Shown piece by piece: positions 44,452 to 53,895 of a stretch of DNA of 64,000 nucleotides (the first letter of the stretch is position 1; every line of letters starts with the position of its first letter). The DNA is from a virus (taxonomy: Duplodnaviria; Caudoviricetes): the IMG/VR virus record IMGVR_UViG_3300020460_000012, one strand, 5' to 3'. A program made the translations under genes and the position numbers. Under the pieces are notes generated by a model. The model did no database searches. It was not told the origin of the DNA and saw nothing but the letters and a program-made list of their open reading frames with translations.

Positions 44452-45021
44452 TTAGCCTCCTACGACTGCTTTTGTATTTTGCATGTGACCTTTGATGTCT
44501 TTTGAGTCTCCTTGTGGAGCTTCTGCAACGCCATCTGAAACATCACGCTCTTTTCTTGCAGTTTCAAGTTCTTTTAATAAATCCATTGTTCTGTTGTCTG
44601 CTACTTCGTTTTGAGCAGACTCCCCACCCATATCTTCCGTGCCAAGTAATGCTACATATTCTGAGCTATTCTCTTCGCCTTCTTCTTGATACGCTTCTCG
44701 AGGATCTTCCGGTGTGCGTACATTGATATGACTTTGTGGTATATCACAGCAATTACCTAAGTAAGTTTGTAATACTTGTGGGGTAGTAGGGTATTCTACT
44801 TCAGCCTCAAAAAAAGTAACTTCTGTGTTTTCTAATTGTGGAAAGTCTAACGGACGTTTTTGTATTGGTGTTTTTTTGCCTTTTGTAAAATTACGTACTG
44901 TAAACTTTTGCATGACAGATTCTAATCTATCTTCAATCCCTTCAGGTAATTCACCAGCAATACCAATATTGAACGAATACGTTGCTTTTGATTCATTTAA
45001 TATTTCTGCAAATGTTTTCAT
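44452..45021 (-). CDS. Conserved late protein of unknown function
   Basis: ORF track; TAAATA at 45043-45048. Confidence 0.7.
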   Translation of the reverse strand: MKTFAEILNESKATYSFNIGIAGELPEGIEDRLESVMQKFTVRNFTKGKKTPIQKRPLDFPQLENTEVTFFEAEVEYPTTPQVLQTYLGNCCDIPQSHINVRTPEDPREAYQEEGEENSSEYVALLGTEDMGGESAQNEVADNRTMDLLKELETARKERDVSDGVAEAPQGDSKDIKGHMQNTKAVVGG

Positions 45022-45041
45022 TTCTTTTGATCCTCTATAAA

Positions 45042-45545
45042 CTATTTATCTTTATCAATGCCTTTAAGCTTCTCTAGAAGGCTATTTCTGTCAGTAACAA
45101 CATACCCTTGTCCGTTGATTATTCCATCATCACCTGTAGTTGAATCTTTATCTAATTTTTCTTTTTTAAGTTGCAAATCTATCATTTTAATTTTTTTATC
45201 TAGTTTAGCAACTTTAGCATCTAAACTTGTTTTAAGCATACCTCCTGCTACTTCAAACACCCTACCGCTATATCTACTTTCAACATTCATGCCTAAATCC
45301 ATAAGATCATCATACGCTGTAAGGGCTTTATCTGCTATTTCATTTAGTTCTTTATCAGCCATATCGCCTAAACCTTTTACAGCAGGTAAAGCACTAGCAA
45401 TCTTATCAAATTCCTCTATATCCCTAAAGGCTTTTTTCTGCTCTTCAAGTTCATAAGACTTTTGTTCTGACTCTTGTGATTTAGCTGTTTCTATAATTTC
45501 CTTAGAGTCAGGTAAATTAAGTAAATCTTCTAGCTTTTTAGTCAT
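45042..45545 (-). CDS. Terminase small subunit (gp16)-like coiled-coil protein
   Basis: SRYSGRVFEVAGGMLKT resembles the gp16 PRAYEVAGQL pattern; DRNSLL tail. Confidence 0.5.
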   Translation of the reverse strand: MTKKLEDLLNLPDSKEIIETAKSQESEQKSYELEEQKKAFRDIEEFDKIASALPAVKGLGDMADKELNEIADKALTAYDDLMDLGMNVESRYSGRVFEVAGGMLKTSLDAKVAKLDKKIKMIDLQLKKEKLDKDSTTGDDGIINGQGYVVTDRNSLLEKLKGIDKDK

Positions 45546-45576
45546 TACAACTCCGATAATATACTACTATATTTAG

Positions 45577-45810
45577 TTAATAATCGTAGATATTTACGCT
45601 GTTTGGATCTACGTATGTTGGCTTACAATATGCAGTTATTCTGTGTTCTGGTGGTACTAGATGTTTTGATCCGTAATTACCGTACTGTTTTGGTATACGT
45701 TTTGCATAATATTGACATACATTTATACTCCTAAAGTACATTGCATTAGGTTGTTGTCTAGCATCTTCTCCTGCGCCTATTAGCACAATTAAAACAAAGG
45801 CATGTATCAC
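45577..45810 (-). CDS. Small exported hypothetical protein
   Basis: Hydrophobic N-terminus; C...C pair. Confidence 0.6.
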   Translation of the reverse strand: MIHAFVLIVLIGAGEDARQQPNAMYFRSINVCQYYAKRIPKQYGNYGSKHLVPPEHRITAYCKPTYVDPNSVNIYDY

Positions 45811-45819
45811 TTTTCATTT

Positions 45820-46257
45820 TTACTTTCTACGGCCAGTATGAAATATATCATCTTCCGTTACAATGCGGAATAAAATTCCTTTTTGTTTACACCATGCTCT
45901 TGCTGATTCCCATTTTGCTTGGTTCACTATCCATGATGCTTGATTATGTCTACTTTTGCCTAACTTTTCTTTTACAGTTTGATTTTTCGGTTTTACTTCT
46001 ATTAGTTCAACACGCTGTTTGCCTCTTTGATCATTATAAACTATAAAAAAATCTGGTACATAAATTGTATGCTTGCCTGTTAAAGGGTTTCGATAAGGAA
46101 TTTTTACAGCTTCACTTGCCCATTGTGATATAGCTCTATGCTCGTCACAAAATTTCATAAAGGTGAATTCCCAACCTGATCTATATGTTGGACTTTTTGT
46201 TCCTACATATTTGCTAGGGTTTTTAAGATTGTATTTCCCTTGTGCAAAATGAGCCAT
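45820..46257 (-). CDS. gp4: Head completion nuclease, T4 gp4-like (TnsA-like)
   Basis: YRSGWE, YVPDF, IEVKP and NQAKW motifs. Confidence 0.85.
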   Translation of the reverse strand: MAHFAQGKYNLKNPSKYVGTKSPTYRSGWEFTFMKFCDEHRAISQWASEAVKIPYRNPLTGKHTIYVPDFFIVYNDQRGKQRVELIEVKPKNQTVKEKLGKSRHNQASWIVNQAKWESARAWCKQKGILFRIVTEDDIFHTGRRK

Positions 46258-46258
46258 C

Positions 46259-46639
46259 TCAATTTATTATATTCCGTTGATCAAACAAATCGCCGTTGTC
46301 TGCTGATTTATAACCTAACATACTTGATTTACTTCTATTTAAGTTAAGTATTTGGGCTACTATATTACTAAGTTGTACATCTGATGTACCGCTTAATGTA
46401 TCTATTAATTGGAAAACTGGTACTTCGTCAATATCTGCCTGTTGTAATAAAACACTTGCTGTGTTCACAGCCGCAACTTGATCAAAGCCCCTTTTAAGAA
46501 AGTGTCCTACAACTGCATCAACTTCACCCGGAGTGCTATTAATAGGAGTATCAAAATAATTATTGAAATAACTTTTTGTTGACTCAGAATCGTTTTTATC
46601 GAATGGTCCTTTACCTATATTTTGATCTGAACTTGCCAT
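46259..46639 (-). CDS. Conserved structural-region hypothetical protein
   Basis: ORF track; TAATG coupling. Confidence 0.7.
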   Translation of the reverse strand: MASSDQNIGKGPFDKNDSESTKSYFNNYFDTPINSTPGEVDAVVGHFLKRGFDQVAAVNTASVLLQQADIDEVPVFQLIDTLSGTSDVQLSNIVAQILNLNRSKSSMLGYKSADNGDLFDQRNIIN

Positions 46640-47919
46640 TACGTTAATATACTCCCTTTGTTAGCTTGTATAGCTTGGGTAGCTTGTTCAGCTAGTTTCC
46701 TATCACCATTTGAAGCTCTGTCAATTAAATTATTTTCTATTGCGGCTTTCCTAGTATCACTTGCAGTATTATAGCTAGCTAAAGTTTCTCCTGCAAAAGC
46801 ATTACTATTTAATGCTCTAGATATAAAACTAGATTTTACTGAACTGTTAGTACTTAATGCATTTAATATATTATCGCCGTCTAGTATGTTAATATCATTG
46901 CTAACAAGTGTTGTTACTGCATCACTAATTGGACTTGTCCTTGGAATTGTAGTGCCACGTAATCCACCTGTCTGTGAATTGCCAAATAAGTCTCTCAAAC
47001 CTGCTCCTAATATGTTGCTTCCATTTCCTGATAGTATGCCAAACAAACTATCTCTTCTTGATCTACTATTATTAGACCTAGGTAAAATTGGATTCCTACG
47101 CTGTCTACGCGGATCTATTAATGCAGGATCAGCTGACATAGTATTTCTAAAACTCATTTCAGAATCAAAATATCCTATTGGGCTAGGGGCATTATCGTAA
47201 CCAGTTTCAGGATCAGTAAATCCTACAGGCTGTCCGTCTTCGCCCACTTGTCCATTAGAATAAATTACACTTTCGTATGCTAGCGTGATACTATTCCTAT
47301 TCATATCTGCTCCTGTAGTAGCATCAACATCACCATGATCAAACGCACTTATTAATGGATTTATAAGTGTATACGCAAACCATTCTCGTCTTGCTAGTTG
47401 ATATATTCTAACATGTTTAAAAAACGGATTTACTTTTTTATTATTTAAACCATAATTAGGTACTGCTTCTTTAAATTTATCTCTAGCCATATATGCAGGA
47501 GAACTTCTTGTGCCGTCTTCATGATTGCCATCAACAAAATAATATTGATAATAGTCTTGTAATAATCCTCTTGTTAAACCTAAATTATCGTCATGAAATG
47601 TAATTGTAATGTCTTGATAGTCTAATCTAGTCTGTATATTTTTCTTACGATTATATTGCTGTTTGTTTTCAACAGCTACACGATATTGAGGTAAATCGGC
47701 TGTCTGTGCTAATACGCCAATTTCTTTTTTAAATCTCACTGTATTATTATTTGCTGAATTTCCTACTTCTGGATATAAATCAAATACTATATGATATAGA
47801 AATTTTGTCTTAGGGGCTAGGGCAAATGTATGTTGTGTATACAGTTGGTGAGCATGCCTTGCGTCCCTTAAATGTACATCAAGGTCAATATTATAGAGGT
47901 ATGGATCTTTGATACTCAT
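46639..47919 (-). CDS. Tail-tube-fold baseplate/tube initiator protein (gp54/gp48-like)
   Basis: ADLPQY...QYNRK...ITITFHDD...ITLAYE tube-like motifs. Confidence 0.6.
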   Translation of the reverse strand: MSIKDPYLYNIDLDVHLRDARHAHQLYTQHTFALAPKTKFLYHIVFDLYPEVGNSANNNTVRFKKEIGVLAQTADLPQYRVAVENKQQYNRKKNIQTRLDYQDITITFHDDNLGLTRGLLQDYYQYYFVDGNHEDGTRSSPAYMARDKFKEAVPNYGLNNKKVNPFFKHVRIYQLARREWFAYTLINPLISAFDHGDVDATTGADMNRNSITLAYESVIYSNGQVGEDGQPVGFTDPETGYDNAPSPIGYFDSEMSFRNTMSADPALIDPRRQRRNPILPRSNNSRSRRDSLFGILSGNGSNILGAGLRDLFGNSQTGGLRGTTIPRTSPISDAVTTLVSNDINILDGDNILNALSTNSSVKSSFISRALNSNAFAGETLASYNTASDTRKAAIENNLIDRASNGDRKLAEQATQAIQANKGSILT

Positions 47920-47954
47920 ATTAATATTTATCCTATGTAGATAAGTGCGTATAT

Positions 47955-47990
47955 AAAAAAACGGAAGTAACTATTAATTACTTCCGTTTT
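47955..47990 (-). terminator. Rho-independent terminator after the tail tube gene
   Basis: AAAACGGAAGTAA/TTACTTCCGTTTT inverted repeat with T run. Confidence 0.8.
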
Positions 47991-48012
47991 AAAGCCAATC
48001 AGTTAAGTTTTA

Positions 48013-48651
48013 TTAAACTTGTGTTCCGCCTGCCGCTGCCGCTAACGCTCTGGTTGTTGTTTCACCAATACCGTTAATATCTTCGTCAGCACCAAACTGT
48101 ATAGCATTATCATAACGAATGCTTAGTGTTGTAGTAACTGCTTCGTTAGTTGCATATGCTAGTGTGTTGTAGTTTGCTGATTCAATATAGCAACCTACTA
48201 AATGGAATCTGTCAATTACATTTGCACCGTTAGCACCGTTACCACCATCTAGTATCTCAATTCTAGTTTGGAATTTGTAGCTACCACTTGAAACTGCACT
48301 AGACTGTTCGAAGAAATCAAACTGTCTTTGTAACTGTTGTCCAATAATCTTTTGAACATTGTTATTAGCATCTTCACGTAGTGTAAGTGTTACTGGTTCC
48401 CAAGTATGCTTACCTGCAAGGTATGCTCTTGAGTTGTATGAATCTAATGTCATTTGTTCAAAAGTTACATTTGGTCTTGTAACGTCTTGAACTTGTCTTG
48501 AAATTTCTCTAACACCGTCTGGACCCCCAGTAGTGCCAAAGTTATCTAAAAATACCCTGAAACGATATTGTAACTTAGGCATCAATAAAGATGAGTTAGA
48601 ATTCGCGCCTTCTGTGGGTATCGAAATGTTTTGTAAAGTTGTGATTGGCAT
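48013..48651 (-). CDS. gp19: Tail tube protein, gp19-like
   Basis: KLQYRFRV, AGKHTWEPVTLTLREDA, LSIRYDNA; follows the sheath gene. Confidence 0.85.
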   Translation of the reverse strand: MPITTLQNISIPTEGANSNSSLLMPKLQYRFRVFLDNFGTTGGPDGVREISRQVQDVTRPNVTFEQMTLDSYNSRAYLAGKHTWEPVTLTLREDANNNVQKIIGQQLQRQFDFFEQSSAVSSGSYKFQTRIEILDGGNGANGANVIDRFHLVGCYIESANYNTLAYATNEAVTTTLSIRYDNAIQFGADEDINGIGETTTRALAAAAGGTQV

Positions 48652-48690
48652 TTTTTCTATTCTCCTAATACATTATTATTTATACGTTTC

Positions 48691-48714
48691 TGAGGGGCAA
48701 TTTCTTACCCCTCA
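48691..48714 (-). other. GNRA-capped hairpin between sheath and tube genes
   Basis: TGAGGGGTAA-GAAA-TTGCCCCTCA, followed by late promoter TATAAATA (48677-48684). Confidence 0.6.
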
Positions 48715-48727
48715 TTAAGTACGTATA

Positions 48728-51700
48728 TTATCCTAATGCCGCAATTTCCCCTGTATTTTTAAGTCTAAGCGGTATGTAAATAAATTCAATTGCTTTGACT
48801 GGTTCTATAGCTACATCTAAGTAAAGCTCGTTTTTATCAATCCTTGCTGGTGTGTTATTAGATTCATCACACACTGTAACAAAGTCATACAACGCTCTTA
48901 AACTTACAAGTTCTAGCATAAGCTGATCTGCCGCCGCTTTGATTTGATCACGTGTAATCTTATCATTTGGCTCAAACAAATATGGTTTAGCAAGTAGCTC
49001 AAGCTGTCCACGTAAGTATACAACTAGTCTAGCAACATTGATTCTATCTAATGCACTTGCATTTTTAGCACGAGTCTTTTGACCAAATACAACTAATCCT
49101 GCTCCGCTCATAAACGTAATTGGATTAATCTTATTTGAGTACAATGTATCACGCTGTCCTGTGTTTAATGCAACTGCTTTAAATTCGCCTTCGCTAGTAA
49201 TAAAACCACTTGAAGTTGCGTTCGATACTCCACCACGTCTTGTTCCAGCTGGTGCAAACCAGGGGAACGCCACTTGGTCGTTTAGTACTATTGTACGTAG
49301 TGCCATATGACTTGCTGGAACAACAATGTTGTTGCCTGCATTATCGCTTGTAAATCCTGCTGGATAGTACATTCCAAGATACTCATCAAAGCTTACTGCT
49401 CCGTTGTCATTATCTTCTAGTGCAGTTCTAACATTAGTTGCCCACTCATTAAGCGATGTTGCATCTGGTGTTAATCTAAATGGTGTGTCGCCTACAACAA
49501 ATGCTGTTAAGCGTCTGTCAGTATTTAAAGTAATCATTTCACCAATTAGTTCTGGATAACCTGGGCAAGCTAGCAAGTTAAACTGACGTGATTCTTCGTC
49601 ACGTATGTCAGTGTTGCTATTGACCATTGCTTGTAAAGCCTGTACTACAGATTTACGTTGTGCATGACGCCCAAATGTTCCTGAACCATCTTCAGCATTT
49701 CCTGAATCAGTTACCCAACGATGTGGATAGTAAGCCGCCATTGAAGCATCACCTTGTCTAGTGTTAAGTGCAGTTACATCAATTGCATTTCTTACAAATT
49801 TCTTAACGTTAAATCCGCTTCTACGTAGATTCCAAAGAATCATACCTTGTGGATATAATGCTGGATCAGGTGCATCTGGATCTAAGAAATCACTAGTAAG
49901 CAGTTCAGCTATTGTGCTTGAAGGAGCATTACTAGTTGTTCCCCCTGTTGCACCAAATCTTGCATCTGCAAAAAGTACACCATTTTCTGTAGTTTGATCT
50001 GCTTTATCTAACAGTACCCATTTAGAAGTAGTACCGTTCCATCTGTAAATTCCTGGATAATCTTCAACACTAGCTGTGCTAATCCAAATATCTCCATCAA
50101 CTAAAGCTGTTAAGTCTGATTGTGTAGTAGGCTCTTTTGCCGCTACAATCGGACCTGCTGGATCACAGTTTGCATATGCTCCACTGTAATTATGATAACC
50201 AACCCATGTAGTTCCGTTATGAATCATAAGGTCTACTTCGTCTACAACTGAACTATACCATAATGTACCATTTTCAGTTAAGCTAGTTGGTGCAGTGCTT
50301 GAAGCTGTGTAAGTTAATTCTTTCCAGTTTGAAGCTACCCAATCACTTGCAGTATCGCCTGTTGGTGCAGTATATAAATTAGCTGTACCAGTACCGTTTG
50401 CAAAATTATAAACAGCAAAGCCAATTAGTGCTAATCCACCATCTGTGTCTTTGATTCTAATTTCGCCACCTAGTTTGTGGGAAATTTGTATTTTGTTACT
50501 TGAGTCAACTATTGCTGTAATGTTTTGGAAACCTGCGGCATTAATTGCTCCTGCAATTACATCTGCATCACTTGATGCGCCTGTAGCAGTAACACTAATA
50601 GTTTTCATAGCGTCTAAAGCTTGTTGATTTGCTTTTGACTCTTGCATATTAAATGCATATGCTTGACTACTTAATTGTGTGGTTACTGCACTAGAAGTAA
50701 TTTTAGTTGCTCCAGTAGCCGCTCTTTGGAAAATTTTGCTATTAGCAATAATCGGGCTTACTTCTTCAACATTTGTATTAACATACAAATCACCTAATGC
50801 GATACCTGCTCCGCCACCTGATTTATCAAGTGCAAATAGTGCGGCATGGTTTGTATCATAAATTGGTGCTGTAATTGTTGACCAAAGTTGCGTAGAAGTG
50901 GCATACTTCTTTACTTTGTAATTTGCGCCACCGTTTGGAGTAGTTGTTTTAATCCAAAGGCTTCCTGTTGGTGCAGGTTCTGAATCACCTGACTTATACT
51001 GAGGTACACTTGTATGCGGTGCAATAGTAAGCTTAGGTGCTTCATAAGTTGCCGCAGATACACCAGTATCTGTAAGTATAGTTCCTGTACCGTTAGCAAT
51101 AACAACATCTGCACCAGTTGAATAAATTTCTAGTGCTCCGTCTACTGCCGCCGCTGTAATTCCTGCAATAGATGCAGTATTAATATCTGAAGCCAAAGCT
51201 GTAACTGTAGTACCAGCTAATGTAACAGTAGTAGCATTAATTACCACTGTATTTCCGTTACTTAATGTAGGATTAGAAGCTGTGCCTGTCACTACTGGAT
51301 GGCTAGCTGACCAGTTGGTCGATCCAACTTCAACCCATGCTCCTGCCGCTACACCTGCTCCAGAATTTCCTTTTGACTTAAAATAAAATTTGTTAGTTGT
51401 AGTTGTTGCAACAACTGCATAATCACCAATTGCTCCTACAGAAGCTTTTGGTATGCCAGATGCTATGTTGCCAACTAAGTCTGTTAACTTAGTAATTACT
51501 TTTGGTGTTTGTGAAGAAAAGCTTTGGCCGCCTGTTGTAGTGATTGCCGCCGCATTCCATTCTAAAATACCAAACAAGCTATTAAGTGTATCAAACCAAT
51601 GTGCGCCATCTGCTGGCTCACCGCCTGGTGCTGTTGCACTTGCTTGTAGTTTGCCTAAATCTAGGTCTGCTCTAACAACATATGCTCTGTTTGTTACGCC

Positions 51701-52003
51701 TAGTAAAGAGTATGCTGTTTGTAGTCCATACTCGTTTAACTCTCCGCCATGTATCATATTGCCGTTTGAGTCTGAATAAAATTTTGGATCGCCGAATGTT
51801 TCACCAAGCTCTCTTTGGCTGGTGATCAAATAAGGCTTACCAGCGTTTGCTTTTAGTGTTCCCGCTGCCGTTCCTGCGCCTGAACTGCTTGTCTTGTTAG
51901 AAGCAGTAGCGACAAAAATCATTGGTACCGTACCAGCCGCCGCTGGGGTGTAGAATGATTCGTCAATTACTTTGACTTCTACGCCTGGTGAAGTTAATGC
52001 CAT
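48728..52003 (-). CDS. gp18: Contractile tail sheath protein, gp18-like (large, 1091 aa)
   Basis: MALTSPGVEV N-terminus; WFAPAG, NPI, RINVARL and EFIYI motifs. Confidence 0.93.
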   Translation of the reverse strand: MALTSPGVEVKVIDESFYTPAAAGTVPMIFVATASNKTSSSGAGTAAGTLKANAGKPYLITSQRELGETFGDPKFYSDSNGNMIHGGELNEYGLQTAYSLLGVTNRAYVVRADLDLGKLQASATAPGGEPADGAHWFDTLNSLFGILEWNAAAITTTGGQSFSSQTPKVITKLTDLVGNIASGIPKASVGAIGDYAVVATTTTNKFYFKSKGNSGAGVAAGAWVEVGSTNWSASHPVVTGTASNPTLSNGNTVVINATTVTLAGTTVTALASDINTASIAGITAAAVDGALEIYSTGADVVIANGTGTILTDTGVSAATYEAPKLTIAPHTSVPQYKSGDSEPAPTGSLWIKTTTPNGGANYKVKKYATSTQLWSTITAPIYDTNHAALFALDKSGGGAGIALGDLYVNTNVEEVSPIIANSKIFQRAATGATKITSSAVTTQLSSQAYAFNMQESKANQQALDAMKTISVTATGASSDADVIAGAINAAGFQNITAIVDSSNKIQISHKLGGEIRIKDTDGGLALIGFAVYNFANGTGTANLYTAPTGDTASDWVASNWKELTYTASSTAPTSLTENGTLWYSSVVDEVDLMIHNGTTWVGYHNYSGAYANCDPAGPIVAAKEPTTQSDLTALVDGDIWISTASVEDYPGIYRWNGTTSKWVLLDKADQTTENGVLFADARFGATGGTTSNAPSSTIAELLTSDFLDPDAPDPALYPQGMILWNLRRSGFNVKKFVRNAIDVTALNTRQGDASMAAYYPHRWVTDSGNAEDGSGTFGRHAQRKSVVQALQAMVNSNTDIRDEESRQFNLLACPGYPELIGEMITLNTDRRLTAFVVGDTPFRLTPDATSLNEWATNVRTALEDNDNGAVSFDEYLGMYYPAGFTSDNAGNNIVVPASHMALRTIVLNDQVAFPWFAPAGTRRGGVSNATSSGFITSEGEFKAVALNTGQRDTLYSNKINPITFMSGAGLVVFGQKTRAKNASALDRINVARLVVYLRGQLELLAKPYLFEPNDKITRDQIKAAADQLMLELVSLRALYDFVTVCDESNNTPARIDKNELYLDVAIEPVKAIEFIYIPLRLKNTGEIAALG

Positions 52004-52113
52004 TTTAGTTCTCCTGTTGGATATCGTTTTACTAACTGTATTTATGTCTATAGATTAATTTCACCCTATATATTAGCATAAAAAAGGGACCAAAAAGGTG
52101 AGCTAAATACAGT

Positions 52114-52449
52114 ATGCGTCCTTTATGCAAATGTAAGCAACGGCCTGCGGCCATAAACTATTATAAAGATGGTAAACCCTACTATAGAAAGCTGTGCGAA
52201 AAATGTTTACGCAATGGTCTTAATCATGGAGTGCCTAAGTGGCAACAATATGGTTATGAAAAAAAAGAAGTTTGTGAAAAATGTAACTATAAAAGCAAAC
52301 ACTCAGAAGTATTTAATGTTTTCCACATAGACGGGGATTTAAATAATTGTAGACCTACAAATTTAAAAACAATTTGTGCTAACTGCCAGCGTATTGTACA
52401 GAAGCAAGGGGTTCGCTGGAAACAAGGTGACCTTCGACCTGACTTTTAA
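52114..52449 (+). CDS. HNH-type zinc-binding endonuclease-like protein
   Basis: CEKC...HIDGDLNN...NLKTICANC; TAAATA 4 nt upstream. Confidence 0.7.
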   Translation: MRPLCKCKQRPAAINYYKDGKPYYRKLCEKCLRNGLNHGVPKWQQYGYEKKEVCEKCNYKSKHSEVFNVFHIDGDLNNCRPTNLKTICANCQRIVQKQGVRWKQGDLRPDF

Positions 52450-53029
52450 GATCTTGTATAGTCCCATCATTATACAAAATTGCATCAAAATGGTTATTAG
52501 TATCAATCCATTTATATTCACTAGCATGTATATCATATGCAGACATTAAATCACTTCCTGTTTGGTTATCTAATATTGCTTGACCAAACCATTCAGGATC
52601 TGTACCACGTTTTACTTGCCAAATTTCTCCGCCAAGATCTCTAATAACATTTTGTTCATTTCGAAATCTCACATCAGGAATAACAAATTCTTTAGTAGGA
52701 TTGTTAATTATTTTTTGTTTTACCATGCTTACCCATATACCATCGTAAAAGCCATTACGCATACAATCAGTGCCAAACTCTTGTAAAACTAACCTAGGTG
52801 TAATTTCACGGCCTGTTTCCTGTGTCCAAAACTGGTCAACTTGTTCTCTCCATTGCCTAGATATATGACTATCACCTTCTAGCATATCCCTATCCCAACT
52901 GAATAGTTCAGCTACTGCATCTTTTAGTTTATCTGCAAATGATATTTTTTCAAAACCGTACTCGTCTACAAGATAGTCACTTACTGTACCTTTACCGGAA
53001 CCAATAAGTCCACAGATACCAATAATCAT
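52379..53029 (-). CDS. gp1: Deoxynucleoside monophosphate kinase, T4 gp1-like
   Basis: GLIGSGKGT, SFADKLK, RLVLQEFGT, IPDVRF and HASE motifs. Confidence 0.88.
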   Translation of the reverse strand: MIIGICGLIGSGKGTVSDYLVDEYGFEKISFADKLKDAVAELFSWDRDMLEGDSHISRQWREQVDQFWTQETGREITPRLVLQEFGTDCMRNGFYDGIWVSMVKQKIINNPTKEFVIPDVRFRNEQNVIRDLGGEIWQVKRGTDPEWFGQAILDNQTGSDLMSAYDIHASEYKWIDTNNHFDAILYNDGTIQDLKSQVEGHLVSSEPLASVQYAGS

Positions 53030-53056
53030 AAAATGTCTCCTAAGTTTATAGTAGTT

Positions 53057-53085
53057 ATTATATGATAATTTTAGCTTGTTGTCAA
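53057..53085 (-). promoter_or_regulatory. sigma70 promoter for the dNMP kinase
   Basis: TTGACA-17-TATAAT. Confidence 0.8.
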
Positions 53086-53092
53086 GTGGTTT

Positions 53093-53851
53093 TTAGCCGA
53101 TTAAAAAGCCATAGCCTTGTCCGCCTGCTACTGCGGTGCTTACTTCTTGCTCTAACTTTTCCATTTCAGCTTGTGCTTCTGATTTAAGTGCATCACCGTT
53201 CAAAGTACTTCCGCCCCCAGGACCAGCTATAGTAGCAAATTTACTCCTTGCTTCTCCTAACATGTACTTACATGATGCTAAAGTGTAGTCTTTAATCCAT
53301 TGCTTTGCAAGATAGTCTGATAGTAATTGTGTGTCTGGTCTGTAGTTATATGCATAAAGCAATAGATCTTCTTCTGCACGTGGACGTTGTAGCAACGTAA
53401 GTTTCTTAGTAGTTGTATTCCATTTAAATTCAATAAAACTACCAAACATACGTCCTACTAGCTCTTGATGTTGTGCAAATAAATCATATGTTGCTAATCC
53501 GCCTAACTTAGAGCCTGATAGCAAATATGTATTTGTATAGGCCATGTTAAATGGTTCAAACAACGAGCCTCCGTCTGTACCTCCAGTCCTAGAACCTATT
53601 GACCTTCTAAATAGCTTTCTTATTTCAATTACTTCATCAGGTAGTATATATTCGTTTTGATCTACTACTGTAGTCAAAAACAAGTATGATTCTTCAACAC
53701 TATTATCTGATCTTTGTCTAAATTTACTTAAAGCTTTGCTAAGTGCGGTTTCGTAATGAACAGGGTCTAATTCTACATCAATCATGCCACCACCTAAGGA
53801 CGCATTTACGTAGTCATATACCTCTTGTTTCATTGTTGCTAGCTCAGACAT
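53093..53851 (-). CDS. gp13: Neck protein gp13-like
   Basis: LGGGMIDVELD, WIKDYTLA..K..LG and LNGD motifs. Confidence 0.85.
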   Translation of the reverse strand: MSELATMKQEVYDYVNASLGGGMIDVELDPVHYETALSKALSKFRQRSDNSVEESYLFLTTVVDQNEYILPDEVIEIRKLFRRSIGSRTGGTDGGSLFEPFNMAYTNTYLLSGSKLGGLATYDLFAQHQELVGRMFGSFIEFKWNTTTKKLTLLQRPRAEEDLLLYAYNYRPDTQLLSDYLAKQWIKDYTLASCKYMLGEARSKFATIAGPGGGSTLNGDALKSEAQAEMEKLEQEVSTAVAGGQGYGFLIG

Positions 53852-53869
53852 TCTCTACTCTCCATATAG

Positions 53870-53890
53870 TATTTATCGTTACGATAAATA
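53870..53890. promoter_or_regulatory. Palindromic back-to-back late promoters for the two neck genes
   Basis: TATTTATCGT-T-ACGATAAATA perfect inverted repeat. Confidence 0.75.
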
Positions 53891-53895
53891 TACAT

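Noticed and set aside
48691-48714. Terminator after the sheath gene
   Set aside because: No U tract on the coding strand; more likely a stabilising or processing hairpin.
53743-53895. Extended N-terminus for the gp14-like ORF
   Set aside because: It overlaps gp13 on the opposite strand; a late promoter sits directly before ATG 53896.
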